From a virus, in IMG/VR virus record IMGVR_UViG_3300049033_000018, positions 93,141 through 157,140 of that record: 64,000 bases of DNA, one strand, 5' to 3'. Positions 39,125-48,564 of this stretch are shown here, piece after piece; position 1 is the first letter of the stretch; every line of letters starts with the position of its first letter. A program made the position numbers and the translations under genes. The notes beneath the pieces are model-generated. The model was not told where the DNA came from. It saw only the letters and a program-made list of their open reading frames with translations, and did no database searches.

Positions 39125-39421
39125 TTAAGAGTGTTTGTTTTGTGTGTAAAATTCCCAAATTAATTGTTTATAGGTTTTATCCTCAGGAATTTTTGTTAGT
39201 TCTTTTAACCTACTCAAATAGATTGAATTAAAATTTTTATAGTTTATATTTTTTTCTACTTTCAGGATGATGTTATCAATTGCCTGTTTTAGAGTAATTG
39301 AAGAGTTCCCCCTCCATTCGTGCTCAATACATGATAAAAGATAATCATATTCCTGAGCCAATGAAAAAACCTTATAATCAAAGGCTAATTCTAACTTTAT
39401 AATTTTGGTATAATTTGCCAT
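39125..39421 (-). CDS. hypothetical protein
   Basis: Packed ORF. Confidence 0.6.
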   Translation of the reverse strand: MANYTKIIKLELAFDYKVFSLAQEYDYLLSCIEHEWRGNSSITLKQAIDNIILKVEKNINYKNFNSIYLSRLKELTKIPEDKTYKQLIWEFYTQNKHS

Positions 39422-39427
39422 GTTATT

Positions 39428-39982
39428 TTAATTAGATGCAACGTATAAACTAGTCCCGTCAGAGAATCCCCCAACACGTTCGTAAGAGTCACTCAAAGAG
39501 GCTAAAATTTCGTCTATTTTAACCTTTTCAGCCTCGACTACTCTTTTGATAAAAGACTTTATTTTTGGTAGTTGTATGACCTTCATTCCCTCATTTAAAT
39601 CTGAGTCTTCCAAATCATTTATATCCATATTGTCAACATCTTCATAATCAAATACCCCGTACATACTTTGAGTATCAATTTCAATAAGATAATCTAAATT
39701 TGCACCCTCATAATACCCTGAGGTACAAATGATTGTAAATCTAGCATGTATGTTTGTACCTGCAAACAAATAACTTTTTGTAAACTCTACAATTCCAGAG
39801 GCAGGATAATTTCTATCGTTATCTTTCCAATCACTTTGATAAGTACCGTAAGCCTCTGTAAATCTTTCATTTACATTTGTTTTTAAGTCATCGAAACTCC
39901 ATGTGTCGCCCTCCTCTAAATCAGTTAACACTGTATAATATTTGCTAGCATTATTTAGTAATGCAAAATTTGATGTTCCCAT
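39428..39982 (-). CDS. acidic conserved phage protein
   Basis: MGTSNF...SGYYEGANLD...FSDG. Confidence 0.7.
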   Translation of the reverse strand: MGTSNFALLNNASKYYTVLTDLEEGDTWSFDDLKTNVNERFTEAYGTYQSDWKDNDRNYPASGIVEFTKSYLFAGTNIHARFTIICTSGYYEGANLDYLIEIDTQSMYGVFDYEDVDNMDINDLEDSDLNEGMKVIQLPKIKSFIKRVVEAEKVKIDEILASLSDSYERVGGFSDGTSLYVASN

Positions 39983-40057
39983 TTTGTTTTAATTTTGAGC
40001 CGTTCCCCCACTCGCTGAGGGAGTTGCAGTCCTTTAGACCTCTTAACGGCTTATATT

Positions 40058-40627
40058 TTAACCTATTATCATAGTGGAAACGACTTCCATTTTGACAGGC
40101 TCTCTGTTTTCTTTGTTTAATTTTTCAGTGTCTACTTTCATATCACTGTAAACATTCTCTAAACTTTCGTTTTCTTTTAACTTATTAAATAAAGGCAAAT
40201 AAACTTCCTCTGCTACCTCCTTTGGAACATTTGTAAATCCTGTAGTCGCAATAAGGCTAACACGAATCATCTTCATAAATAAAGCTCTGATATACTCCTT
40301 TTCATCATTTGAAAACATATTGTAATGTTTGCCAATGAATTTAAAAGAGGAATTCAATTCTTTATCTCCATTTGCATGGCTTGCCCATGTTTTAACATGA
40401 TTTTTTTCATCAAAGTATCGTAACATTAAAGGGTAATAAGTACTTTTTTTCGGCTTGTTTAAAGCCCCATTTTTGGGGTTAATTGTTTGTGTTACGTGCC
40501 TGAATCCTTTTGACATACTAAAATCTACAGTATCAAATAGAGTAGTACGCAATTTGAACCCATACGGGTAATTTTCAACCTCTACTTTTTGCCCGTTGGC
40601 AATAAAAACTATTTCTTTATTTTCCAT
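40058..40627 (-). CDS. conserved phage hypothetical protein
   Basis: VENYPYGFKLRT...QTINPK...KPKKSTY; start moved to MENKEI. Confidence 0.7.
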   Translation of the reverse strand: MENKEIVFIANGQKVEVENYPYGFKLRTTLFDTVDFSMSKGFRHVTQTINPKNGALNKPKKSTYYPLMLRYFDEKNHVKTWASHANGDKELNSSFKFIGKHYNMFSNDEKEYIRALFMKMIRVSLIATTGFTNVPKEVAEEVYLPLFNKLKENESLENVYSDMKVDTEKLNKENREPVKMEVVSTMIIG

Positions 40628-40791
40628 GATAATTATATTAAAAAAGTTCAATATCTAAATTCATTATTTGTTCATAACAAGATAAGAACAAAAGAGAATC
40701 CAATAATATACAAATAAGGGCTAATTTGCCATATTTCTTCTCACTGCCTTTAAATAACAGTGTTAAAATTAGTGTTATCATAATAGTAATT

Positions 40792-40989
40792 TTAAGGCTG
40801 AGATATTAAATAATAAGATGTTACCCCGAAAACAGTATTTTCTTTTCTACAAACGGCTCTTAATATTGTACCTCTGTTAATTTCACCAACTAAAAACCAA
40901 TAATATTCTGCCGTTATTTGGTTCCCTCTACTACATGGGAATGTATCTATTTTTTTATTTTGTGGGTAGTTAAAATTGGATTTAATCAT
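40792..40989 (-). CDS. hypothetical protein
   Basis: Short ORF. Confidence 0.45.
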   Translation of the reverse strand: MIKSNFNYPQNKKIDTFPCSRGNQITAEYYWFLVGEINRGTILRAVCRKENTVFGVTSYYLISQP

Positions 40990-41020
40990 ACTGAAATAAA
41001 TTTGAAGAAAGATAAAAGAG

Positions 41021-41455
41021 TTATAATAACTCCCTTACCTTTTGATTAATATATGTTCTTTTCTGCCATTCTGTACCCGTTTTTTGTCTCTCAGGTAGTG
41101 CAATTTCTGTCATATCATTTAGATTGAATATTGCTTTTTGGTCTCTTAACATTCCCGAACGTAAAGCTAATTCTTTGTCCAAAACATGCTCTGAAATATC
41201 CAAATAATAGTTATTATCTGTAGTATTAAACCATACGCCCACAAATGCATTGGATACACTTTGTAATACATCTGCATTTTGATTAACATACTGAGCCAAT
41301 TTTGCCTCTGTAAATTCGTGAATATTTAAAACTACCTCTCTACCTGAAAAGGCTACCATAAACCCATTATTTGGGTTAATTTCGTACTGATTAAAGCTAA
41401 CGCCTCCGTTTTGTTGTGCTAATTGAAAAGCCTCAATAATTGTATTTTGTAACAT
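41021..41455 (-). CDS. putative SAM lyase/hydrolase-like anti-restriction protein
   Basis: GG.S..G.MVA...GVW...YLDIS...A...G..RDQKAIF pattern recalled from phage SAMase-like families; early-region position. Confidence 0.4.
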   Translation of the reverse strand: MLQNTIIEAFQLAQQNGGVSFNQYEINPNNGFMVAFSGREVVLNIHEFTEAKLAQYVNQNADVLQSVSNAFVGVWFNTTDNNYYLDISEHVLDKELALRSGMLRDQKAIFNLNDMTEIALPERQKTGTEWQKRTYINQKVRELL

Positions 41456-41473
41456 AATAATTTATTTTAAAAT

Positions 41474-41650
41474 TTATAACCCTCTTTTGTCGTATTCTTT
41501 CTCTATTAAAGAAATTTCTTTCTTTGTAGTATTAAGAATCTTTTTTGTATTCTCACTACTTACATGTAAATATGTTCTCTCAATTAAATTTTTAATCTCA
41601 TGCATTAAACAATTTAATTCTGATAACTCATTATTAGATAAATTTTTCAT
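41474..41650 (-). CDS. small hypothetical protein (not in track)
   Basis: MKNLSNNELSELNCLM...KRGL, 58 aa. Confidence 0.5.
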   Translation of the reverse strand: MKNLSNNELSELNCLMHEIKNLIERTYLHVSSENTKKILNTTKKEISLIEKEYDKRGL

Positions 41651-41659
41651 AATAATATA

Positions 41660-41854
41660 CTATAAAAGTGAATATTCGTATTGAAATTGGCTAACTGTTT
41701 TAATTACCCTTTTCTTTTTTGTTGGGTAAATATTAAACGGTTTAATTCCTGCATTCTCTAAAATCTGCATTGCATGTTCTTTGCTATTTGCAGTTAAAAA
41801 ATGGTCTTGACCTCCATAAATAAGAGTATAAACAAATTTGATTGATTGTTTCAT
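41660..41854 (-). CDS. hypothetical protein
   Basis: First ORF after long non-coding leader; TAG stop. Confidence 0.55.
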   Translation of the reverse strand: MKQSIKFVYTLIYGGQDHFLTANSKEHAMQILENAGIKPFNIYPTKKKRVIKTVSQFQYEYSLL

Positions 41855-41868
41855 AATATTTATTTTTT

Positions 41869-42003
41869 GTGGGTGTGAGGCAACCGAATGCCTCTATTCT
41901 GTATCATTACTTTGTCTGTACTTCGTTGGGTAAGACCGTCTGCCAATAGGGACGGCACTTCACTTAATTTCATGTGTGAGAAATAACTCCTATGAGTACA
42001 CCC
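41869..42003 (-). ncRNA. candidate structured RNA with tRNA-like 3' end
   Basis: Terminal stem GGGTGT/ACACCC, 3' hairpin GAGGCA-TTCGGT-TGCCTC, internal CCGTC/GACGG stem. Confidence 0.4.
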
Positions 42004-42578
42004 GTTTTTACATTTGCTTTATACACGTTGCAACCGTGTTGTTAAAATCATATTTTGCATATAAAACTGTGCCCCTTACTGCCATTTATTGGGCTACACC
42101 TTTCAATAGTTAATAATTTTGGAACGTTACCCCTCAGAATTTGCCATAATTCCTACCTCTCACATTCTAACTATTTATTTTTATATCATATAAATTAATC
42201 ATCTCGACTTTAATTTACATACTATTTAACTCGTTGAATTCAAAGACCCCGAACCCCTAAAGGTTGGGAATTAATCTACTATTTAATTTGTTCAATTCTT
42301 TACTTCGCTGAGAATCCATTTTTCTTTTCATTCTTTGTATTGCAAACTATCCACAATACCCCATTCACTCAGAGTTTCAAACATGAACGATTTTATTAAT
42401 CCCAATACTTTAAACTTAAACCCTGAGGCGTTAAAGTTAATCTATTTAATAAAATCTTAAATTTCAAAGAATTCTGCTCTCGACTTTCGTCTATGTTTCT
42501 AGGGTTTTTATTAGGCTTTTAACTTTTATAAAGTGCTTTTGTGCCCTGCCTTTTTAGTTCCCGTTGTGTTTCTGTTTA

Positions 42579-42611
42579 GCAAAGATACAACTTAATTTTA
42601 AACTACCAAAT
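42579..42611 (-). promoter_or_regulatory. early promoter candidate P2
   Basis: TTTGGTAG...TTGTATCTTTGC. Confidence 0.75.
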
Positions 42612-42745
42612 CTTTTTTAAAATATTTTTGAAAAATATTTAAAAGTGTTTGTTTATGAAAAACTGAATTACTGTAAAGCCTTATTAATAGGCTATTTAGT
42701 AGTTATTTAATGTTAAAGTTCGTTTGCTCTGTCCCTTTCGACATT

Positions 42746-42778
42746 GCAAAGATTAGAAAAATATTAATACAAAACAAA
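42746..42778 (-). promoter_or_regulatory. early promoter candidate P1
   Basis: TTTGTTTTG...CTAATCTTTGCA. Confidence 0.65.
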
Positions 42779-43132
42779 TCCTTTATTAATGGGCTTTTAC
42801 AGGGTTTTGTCTCTGTTAACCCCCATGAATAGGGCAATGTGTTTTTTGAAAAAAGAATAAAAAAATTTACATTTATTTTGTAAAGTGCTGATTATCAAGT
42901 AGAAAAATTTCATTTATTTTTTTAGCTATTATGTATTATTACTGAGAATGTTATAAAATGGCTCTTATCATACTGAAATAAAAAAGTAAATATATATACA
43001 TATAATAGTATAATAATAAAATAATGTAAGACTTACAGAAAGCTATCAAAAATCAATTATCTTTTTAAAGTAATATAAATACCTTACTAAATGTTTAAAA
43101 GGTCTTAAATGAGCTTATTTATAGCTTAAAGC

Positions 43133-43165
43133 CAAAAAAAGCCTTACAAGTTAATGTAAAGCTTT
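43133..43165 (-). terminator. intrinsic terminator
   Basis: AAAGCTTTACA..TGTAAGGCTTTTTTT. Confidence 0.6.
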
Positions 43166-43190
43166 ATAATTATTTCAGTATTGAGATTGA

Positions 43191-43397
43191 TTAAAATTTA
43201 ATTGTACCCTTTTTATAATTGTTAAATATTGCAGTTGCTTTTATTTCGTCTGAGTCTTGCCCAATTGAAATATATTTATTGTTTTCATTTAGTACTCTAG
43301 CAACCCATTTATTAGATTTGTTGCTATAAAATACACCCTCTTTATTTGGTAACGAATTATATTTTTTAAAACTATTACCATAATTTAAGCCAGCCAT
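43191..43397 (-). CDS. small AP2-like domain protein
   Basis: GVFY....KWVARV......IG....E..A resembles the AP2 fold. Confidence 0.5.
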   Translation of the reverse strand: MAGLNYGNSFKKYNSLPNKEGVFYSNKSNKWVARVLNENNKYISIGQDSDEIKATAIFNNYKKGTIKF

Positions 43398-43552
43398 TTA
43401 ATTAATAGGATTTGTAAAGAGTTGGTAAAGGAAATAACAAGCCCAAATAAAAGCCATGAATAAGACTTTAAATAATAGTAATTTCCCAAAGAAATTTGTA
43501 ACAGTGTTTTGATTGTTTGATTTCATAATGATTGAATTTTGATTGTTAATGA

Positions 43553-43801
43553 TTAATTGAAAATACTAATTTGAAACATAAAAGGATTAAAACAGCCGTC
43601 TATATATTTAACTTTATAATTCTGACCTTTGTAATTTGTTGTACAAAAATCTAAATCTTTTTTATTAAAATCAATTGTTTCAATGTATCCAAACTTTTTA
43701 TTTAAACTAACATTATTTATATCAATGTTGTTTTCATTGCACATTTTGACCATTATTTTTTGAATGGTATTATTATTTAAAACTCTTGTTTGTGTACTCA
43801 T
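43553..43801 (-). CDS. hypothetical protein
   Basis: YKVKYIDGCFNPF. Confidence 0.6.
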   Translation of the reverse strand: MSTQTRVLNNNTIQKIMVKMCNENNIDINNVSLNKKFGYIETIDFNKKDLDFCTTNYKGQNYKVKYIDGCFNPFMFQISIFN

Positions 43802-43860
43802 AATAGTATGTATTTGTAATTATTAAAAAATGCTAAACTAATACTGAAATAAATATTGTG

Positions 43861-44322
43861 TTAATTAAGAGACTTTATTAAATCCTGATACATAATAGTA
43901 TTAATAAACCTCTGAGGGATAAAGCAAATTAATTGTTTCATTAAATCCCGTTTAGTTGCATGATAATTTGCAAGTCTTAATTTAACTATATTATCCCACT
44001 TATCTAAATCGCCCCCTCTATCTCTATAGGCTATTTTTTGAAGTCCTAAATTTCTAATTTGACAATAATCAGCCACTACACCCCATAGTATAGAATCAAT
44101 CCCCAACATATTAGAACATTTGTTTATTGAGTCCTGAGTGTTTAAGTCGTGATATAATTCGACAATTGTCATTTCTTTAGGCTGCAAAATAGTAGTTTTA
44201 CTATGTTCACACTTTAAAGCCTCCAAATTAGGATTATCAAACATAAACCCCATTACAGCAAGGTTTAATAAATAAGGTGTGTTAAATGTGTTAACCGTTC
44301 CGTTGTGTATTAATGTGTACAT
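43861..44322 (-). CDS. hypothetical protein
   Basis: ORF downstream of promoter-like site at ~44350. Confidence 0.6.
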   Translation of the reverse strand: MYTLIHNGTVNTFNTPYLLNLAVMGFMFDNPNLEALKCEHSKTTILQPKEMTIVELYHDLNTQDSINKCSNMLGIDSILWGVVADYCQIRNLGLQKIAYRDRGGDLDKWDNIVKLRLANYHATKRDLMKQLICFIPQRFINTIMYQDLIKSLN

Positions 44323-45029
44323 GATAGTAAGTATTTAATTATAAAAGCAAAGTTAATATATTAGAATGATATACACAAATATAAAAGCATATATTTTATA
44401 TTATTTAGTGATTAGTTTGTTAATCTGCCATTTGGATTAGATAACTATCTGTAAATCAGTGAGTTAATATATAAAATAAGTCAATCAAGTCGTTACGAGA
44501 CAAATTCTTTAACTTTCAGTAAATATTGAAAGTTTAGGAAGTTCAATAAGCTGTTACCCCTCTATAGTAGATATACCCCACTTTTAACACACATAATCCA
44601 CAAAAATAAAAGAAATTACGAATTTGATAACGAAAGGCTTTATTTATTGGTAGACTTTGGATAAAACCCCGTGATATTTCGGCACTTGATTGTGAATAGT
44701 TTAACAAAAAAGTCAATTGATTATATTATTTATAATGAGTTTATCACAAAAACAGTGATTAAACCTAGTAAAAAGGCTCAACCCTTTGCAATTAAATTGT
44801 CTTTTGTGTATGGTGTGTATGTCTATTGTGTGTTACCATTTATTTTATTTCAGCATGATTAAACCTATTTTCTCATAAGTTAAGCCCAATTAAAAAGCCT
44901 CACAATATACTGAAACAATTATCAGCAAAAACAATTTGCAATTAAATTATATTTTACAGTCTTAATAAATACACATTCCAAATGAGTAAATCTCAAAATA
45001 TAAAAATGAGACTTTCAAAATATCAGTAT

Positions 45030-45285
45030 ATCAGCACACCCAGACAGCACACACCCCAGACCAAAATAAAAACCTCAAAAACTAAAAACTCCAAAAATCT
45101 TAAAAGCCCCTGAGCCCTGAAAATCCCTGAAAAAAAGACCACCCCCACCCCTGAGGGGTACCCCAAAAAATCCGATTGACGGGGGGAGGTGTTGTCTATA
45201 TACCCCTACTAACCACACATACAATGCAGTTTCATGAATTCTAACTACAGATGAAATGCAGTTTTCAAAATTGGGGTAGGGGGTA
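45030..45285. other. strand-skewed, repeat-rich non-coding segment (candidate genome end / packaging site)
   Basis: CAGCACACCC(C)AGAC-type tandem pair, repeated CCCTGA, GGGGTACCCC palindrome, C/G runs, ATGCAGTTT x2. Confidence 0.4.
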
Positions 45286-45288
45286 TAA

Positions 45289-45318
45289 CAAAAAAGCCTA
45301 GAGGAATACTCTAAGCTT
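45289..45318 (-). terminator. intrinsic terminator
   Basis: AAGCTTAGAG-TATTC-CTCTAGGCTT followed by T-run. Confidence 0.75.
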
Positions 45319-45328
45319 GTATATATTG

Positions 45329-47293
45329 TTATTGAAATAACCAGTCTGGTAGGACCACTCCTCCTTGCTGAAACTTTTTTTCTAGAACAATGTTTGGAAA
45401 GTAGGCTCTTTGTTGTGGGGAGAAACTCTTATGTAATGGTTCTTCCTCTATGAGTTTTGCTCTATCGAATCCTAGTTCTTCAATTTGTTTATTAAGTTCA
45501 CTGAAATATTCTTCGAATTCATTTTCGTTTCTAAAGGTTGCTCTTACTCTTGATGGGTCTTTACTCATGCTGTTCATTCCTACAAATCCATCTTGATATG
45601 AGTTGAACTTATCTTGTTGGGATTGTTTTAGAACGTTTTTAAATGAGTCCCAGCTTAGGGAGCTGTTTTCTTTTATCTTTCCACCGATAGGAATAAAGTC
45701 GTCTAGCATCTTATAGGCTTTACCTGCTTTAATTGGGGACGAAGGCATGTCAGCATAGAAGTTATAGAAAGGGTCTTTATTTCCCTCTTCGAAGTATTTT
45801 TTAAGGGCTATTTCTTCATCATATGACATAATCTCTCCTTCAGGTGTAGTTTCTGTCATTGGGTTTCTGATTGAAGATTTGTTAGGGGTCCTGGATAGTT
45901 TCATTCCTCCTGGAAGGTCTGCTTCTATACTGGATGGTTTGGCTGCTGGTTTATATCCTTGGAGCCAGTCTTTTTCATATACCTTTACATTTTCATCATA
46001 AATATCCAGTGGTCTTTTAGATACTCTTACGTCTGTATTTTCAGGAGTATATTTACCAGTTCTTCCATTGACTTTAGGGGTGAATGCTTCTTCACCTTTT
46101 CTGGCTTCATACAAATACTCAGGTCTATTATTTTTATAATACAGGGAACCTTTATTATAGTAGGCATCATCACCAAAACTTTTAGCAATTGCTCCTGCTT
46201 CATCTATGGCTCCTACATTCTGTTGTCCTTTGATAAGACCCATTGTTTGTTCTAGCTCATTGAAGGTGTCAGCATCTACTTGTCTATAAAAATTATTTGA
46301 GTTAGTTCTAAAAGCAAATGGATTTACTTTATAAGCATTAGGAAGATTCTCTGCTCCATATCTATTGATGTCTGCTACAATATCGGCTGCTTTAGGAAGT
46401 TTACCAATGTTATCAACTAGCCCCAATCCTGCGTAGGTTAAAGGGTCAGTAATAATGTCTTCTGTAAGATTTGCATCATTCTTAGTACCTGATAAGGCAT
46501 CCTCAAAAGAATAGTCATCTCTGTATGCTGATTGTACCATCTTTGCTGGAACTGCTAGAGGTGCAAGTAAACCAAGTTGGTCCATGCTTCTTTCAGCAAA
46601 TCCATACTGACCTGTTTCAATCTGATATTGTTTTCTATTTTGTTCTACATTTGTTAGGCTGGTATCATTCTGGATACTTTGGATTAATCCCCTGTCTCCT
46701 CCTCCAAGCCATTCAGGAAGAATTTCATTTCCTACTGTATAGGCTCCTCTATTAAAGTCTGACCAGTAGCTTGGTTGAACTCCTGCGTTTCCTGATTCAA
46801 CAATGTATTCACTTAAACCTTCAGGCAATCCTTTTGTTAATCTATTTAAATAAGCCCCTCTAGCTTCTGGAGTATCTCCATCATTATTAGCTGGGTTCTG
46901 TTGTAAGAACTGTCCAATTAATTGTTGCTTGATTTGCTCATCATATTGTTGTTTGTAAGAAGGGTTCACTTCCCAGAATTTATCTGAGCTTTGTCCTAGA
47001 CCTCTTGCTATTGAGCCAGTCATCTCATCTTCAAAGTAAGGCTTCATGTAGTTTTCAAAACTACTTTGCTGAGTTAGTTGTTGGTATTGTTTGAGTAAAT
47101 CGTGGGCACCTTCCTGAGGATAATAATTACCTCTCTCATCCTCACCATATAGAATACCCTGAGCATAATAATCTTCATAGTCTGAAGAGTCTGTTGCCAA
47201 AGTTTCTCCTGTACTTAGTTGTACATATGTTTTACCGTCTTGTCCTTCGTATTGTTTTAAGACTCTGATTCCAGGTCCCTGAAATGTTGCCAT
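45329..47293 (-). CDS. large multidomain protein, likely virion cargo / injected protein
   Basis: 654 aa, Q/G-rich N-half, IITDPLTYAGLG, KDWLQGYK, C-terminal KKFQQGG motif. Confidence 0.6.
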   Translation of the reverse strand: MATFQGPGIRVLKQYEGQDGKTYVQLSTGETLATDSSDYEDYYAQGILYGEDERGNYYPQEGAHDLLKQYQQLTQQSSFENYMKPYFEDEMTGSIARGLGQSSDKFWEVNPSYKQQYDEQIKQQLIGQFLQQNPANNDGDTPEARGAYLNRLTKGLPEGLSEYIVESGNAGVQPSYWSDFNRGAYTVGNEILPEWLGGGDRGLIQSIQNDTSLTNVEQNRKQYQIETGQYGFAERSMDQLGLLAPLAVPAKMVQSAYRDDYSFEDALSGTKNDANLTEDIITDPLTYAGLGLVDNIGKLPKAADIVADINRYGAENLPNAYKVNPFAFRTNSNNFYRQVDADTFNELEQTMGLIKGQQNVGAIDEAGAIAKSFGDDAYYNKGSLYYKNNRPEYLYEARKGEEAFTPKVNGRTGKYTPENTDVRVSKRPLDIYDENVKVYEKDWLQGYKPAAKPSSIEADLPGGMKLSRTPNKSSIRNPMTETTPEGEIMSYDEEIALKKYFEEGNKDPFYNFYADMPSSPIKAGKAYKMLDDFIPIGGKIKENSSLSWDSFKNVLKQSQQDKFNSYQDGFVGMNSMSKDPSRVRATFRNENEFEEYFSELNKQIEELGFDRAKLIEEEPLHKSFSPQQRAYFPNIVLEKKFQQGGVVLPDWLFQ

Positions 47294-47349
47294 ATTTCGT
47301 ATTGTTTTCTATATTTAATCATATCATTCCTTACAGGAACTCTATGTCA

Positions 47350-47381
47350 CAAAGATATGAAATTTTTTTTAATTGTACAAA
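47350..47381 (-). promoter_or_regulatory. Bacteroidetes-type promoter
   Basis: TTTGTAC...CATATCTTTGTG. Confidence 0.6.
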
Positions 47382-47439
47382 TATATAATAAAAAATCCTA
47401 CCTAACAGGGGTTAAATAGGATAGGTTAAAACTCAGTGA

Positions 47440-47592
47440 TTACCAGTCAGAGTTTATTTCTTGTAATTGAGCTTTCATCTTAGCTCTAAATTTTTCTTTA
47501 TGGAATGGAGCCCATGTACCTTTGTGAGGTTTACATAGCTTGCAGCCACATCCTTTCTTTTGTTTACGTTTGTTATGTCTGTTTGGACCCAT
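47440..47592 (-). CDS. small basic Zn-binding peptide (50 aa, not in track)
   Basis: MGPNRHNKRKQKKGCGCKLCKPHK... Confidence 0.55.
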   Translation of the reverse strand: MGPNRHNKRKQKKGCGCKLCKPHKGTWAPFHKEKFRAKMKAQLQEINSDW

Positions 47593-48211
47593 GTATTAAA
47601 TCGTTGTGTAGACTCATTATTCGAAGCTCAGCTCTAGGAATCAAAATATTAATTGGAGCTTCTATTTTATGTTTGCTTTTTGAAAATTTAAATCCATCTT
47701 CAATATTTCCAAAGTCTGTATCTCCACTATCAATAGCATTACATTTACTGACTAACTTTTCTGTAGTCCAACCAAGGTCTTTCAAATAAGCAATGACTTT
47801 ATCTTTATTGATAAGCATTATTTCCATCTCTTGAATATCCTCAGATTTAGGATTTTTCTCAACTTTAGCTCTGTTGATAAAGGCAAGAAGATAATGAGTT
47901 GTGTTGAGTCTGTTTGATAAGAACCAACCATCATATCTGTATCCACTTTTCTTATCACTTGTAGCTCTAAGTTCAAAGGCAAATGTTTGTAAGTTTTTAC
48001 CTATATAATCAGTGGCACATTTTTCATCTACAAGCATATCGTCTCCTGTAGCTGATTGGAATATTACATCTATTCCTTGAAGTTGAAGAGCTTTACTTGT
48101 GACTCTTACAAAAGGTATTTTTCCAGTATAGTATTTATCTAGAAATTTCTCTATCTCTTTTGCTGTTTGTGAATCTGTTGCTCTGTTACTTTGATACAAT
48201 TCTTTTGGCAT
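47573..48211 (-). CDS. PD-(D/E)xK-like nuclease
   Basis: QLQGIDV...VDEKCA...FAFEL; real start MPKELYQ (track extension runs through tRNA genes). Confidence 0.7.
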   Translation of the reverse strand: MPKELYQSNRATDSQTAKEIEKFLDKYYTGKIPFVRVTSKALQLQGIDVIFQSATGDDMLVDEKCATDYIGKNLQTFAFELRATSDKKSGYRYDGWFLSNRLNTTHYLLAFINRAKVEKNPKSEDIQEMEIMLINKDKVIAYLKDLGWTTEKLVSKCNAIDSGDTDFGNIEDGFKFSKSKHKIEAPINILIPRAELRIMSLHNDLIHGSKQT

Positions 48212-48228
48212 ACTATAATTTTTGATTG

Positions 48229-48303
48229 TGGCTCCTACAGGATTTGAACCTGTGACCTTTTCATTATGAGTGAACTGCTCTAACCAGGCTGAGCTAAGAA
48301 GCC
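48229..48303 (-). tRNA. tRNA(CAU), Ile2- or Met-type
   Basis: Full cloverleaf, loop CTCATAA. Confidence 0.85.
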
Positions 48304-48307
48304 ATAG

Positions 48308-48379
48308 AACCCCCAAGTGGAATCGAACCACTATCAATAGTTTAGAAAACTATGGCTCTATCCGTTGAGCTATGAGGGC
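48308..48379 (-). tRNA. tRNA-Arg(UCU)
   Basis: ATAGT-TTTCTAA-ACTAT. Confidence 0.88.
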
Positions 48380-48487
48380 AAGTAAAATAACCTTCAAACT
48401 ACATCCTTATAACAGGAATACCCTTTCTGTATCAACACCCCCTAAAAAGGACTACTCAGATACTCTATTTTACTTCAGCTATTTTAG

Positions 48488-48559
48488 TCCCGATACCAAG
48501 AATCGAACTTGGATTTCAACCTTATGAGGATTTTGTAATAGCCATTATACTATATCGGG
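48488..48559 (-). tRNA. tRNA(CAU), atypical body
   Basis: CCCGATA/TATCGGG acceptor, loop CTCATAA, T arm CCAAG-TTCGATT-CTTGG. Confidence 0.75.
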
Positions 48560-48564
48560 AATTG

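Noticed and set aside
42670-42905. dif/res recombination site among imperfect dyads (e.g. AAGCCTTATTAATAGGCT)
   Set aside because: No convincing XerC/D consensus and no recombinase in the window; too weak to call.
282-47789. Remaining short + strand ORFs and nested minus ORFs (10386, 11918)
   Set aside because: Antisense or alternative-frame overlaps of well-supported genes; all recognised promoters point to the minus strand.
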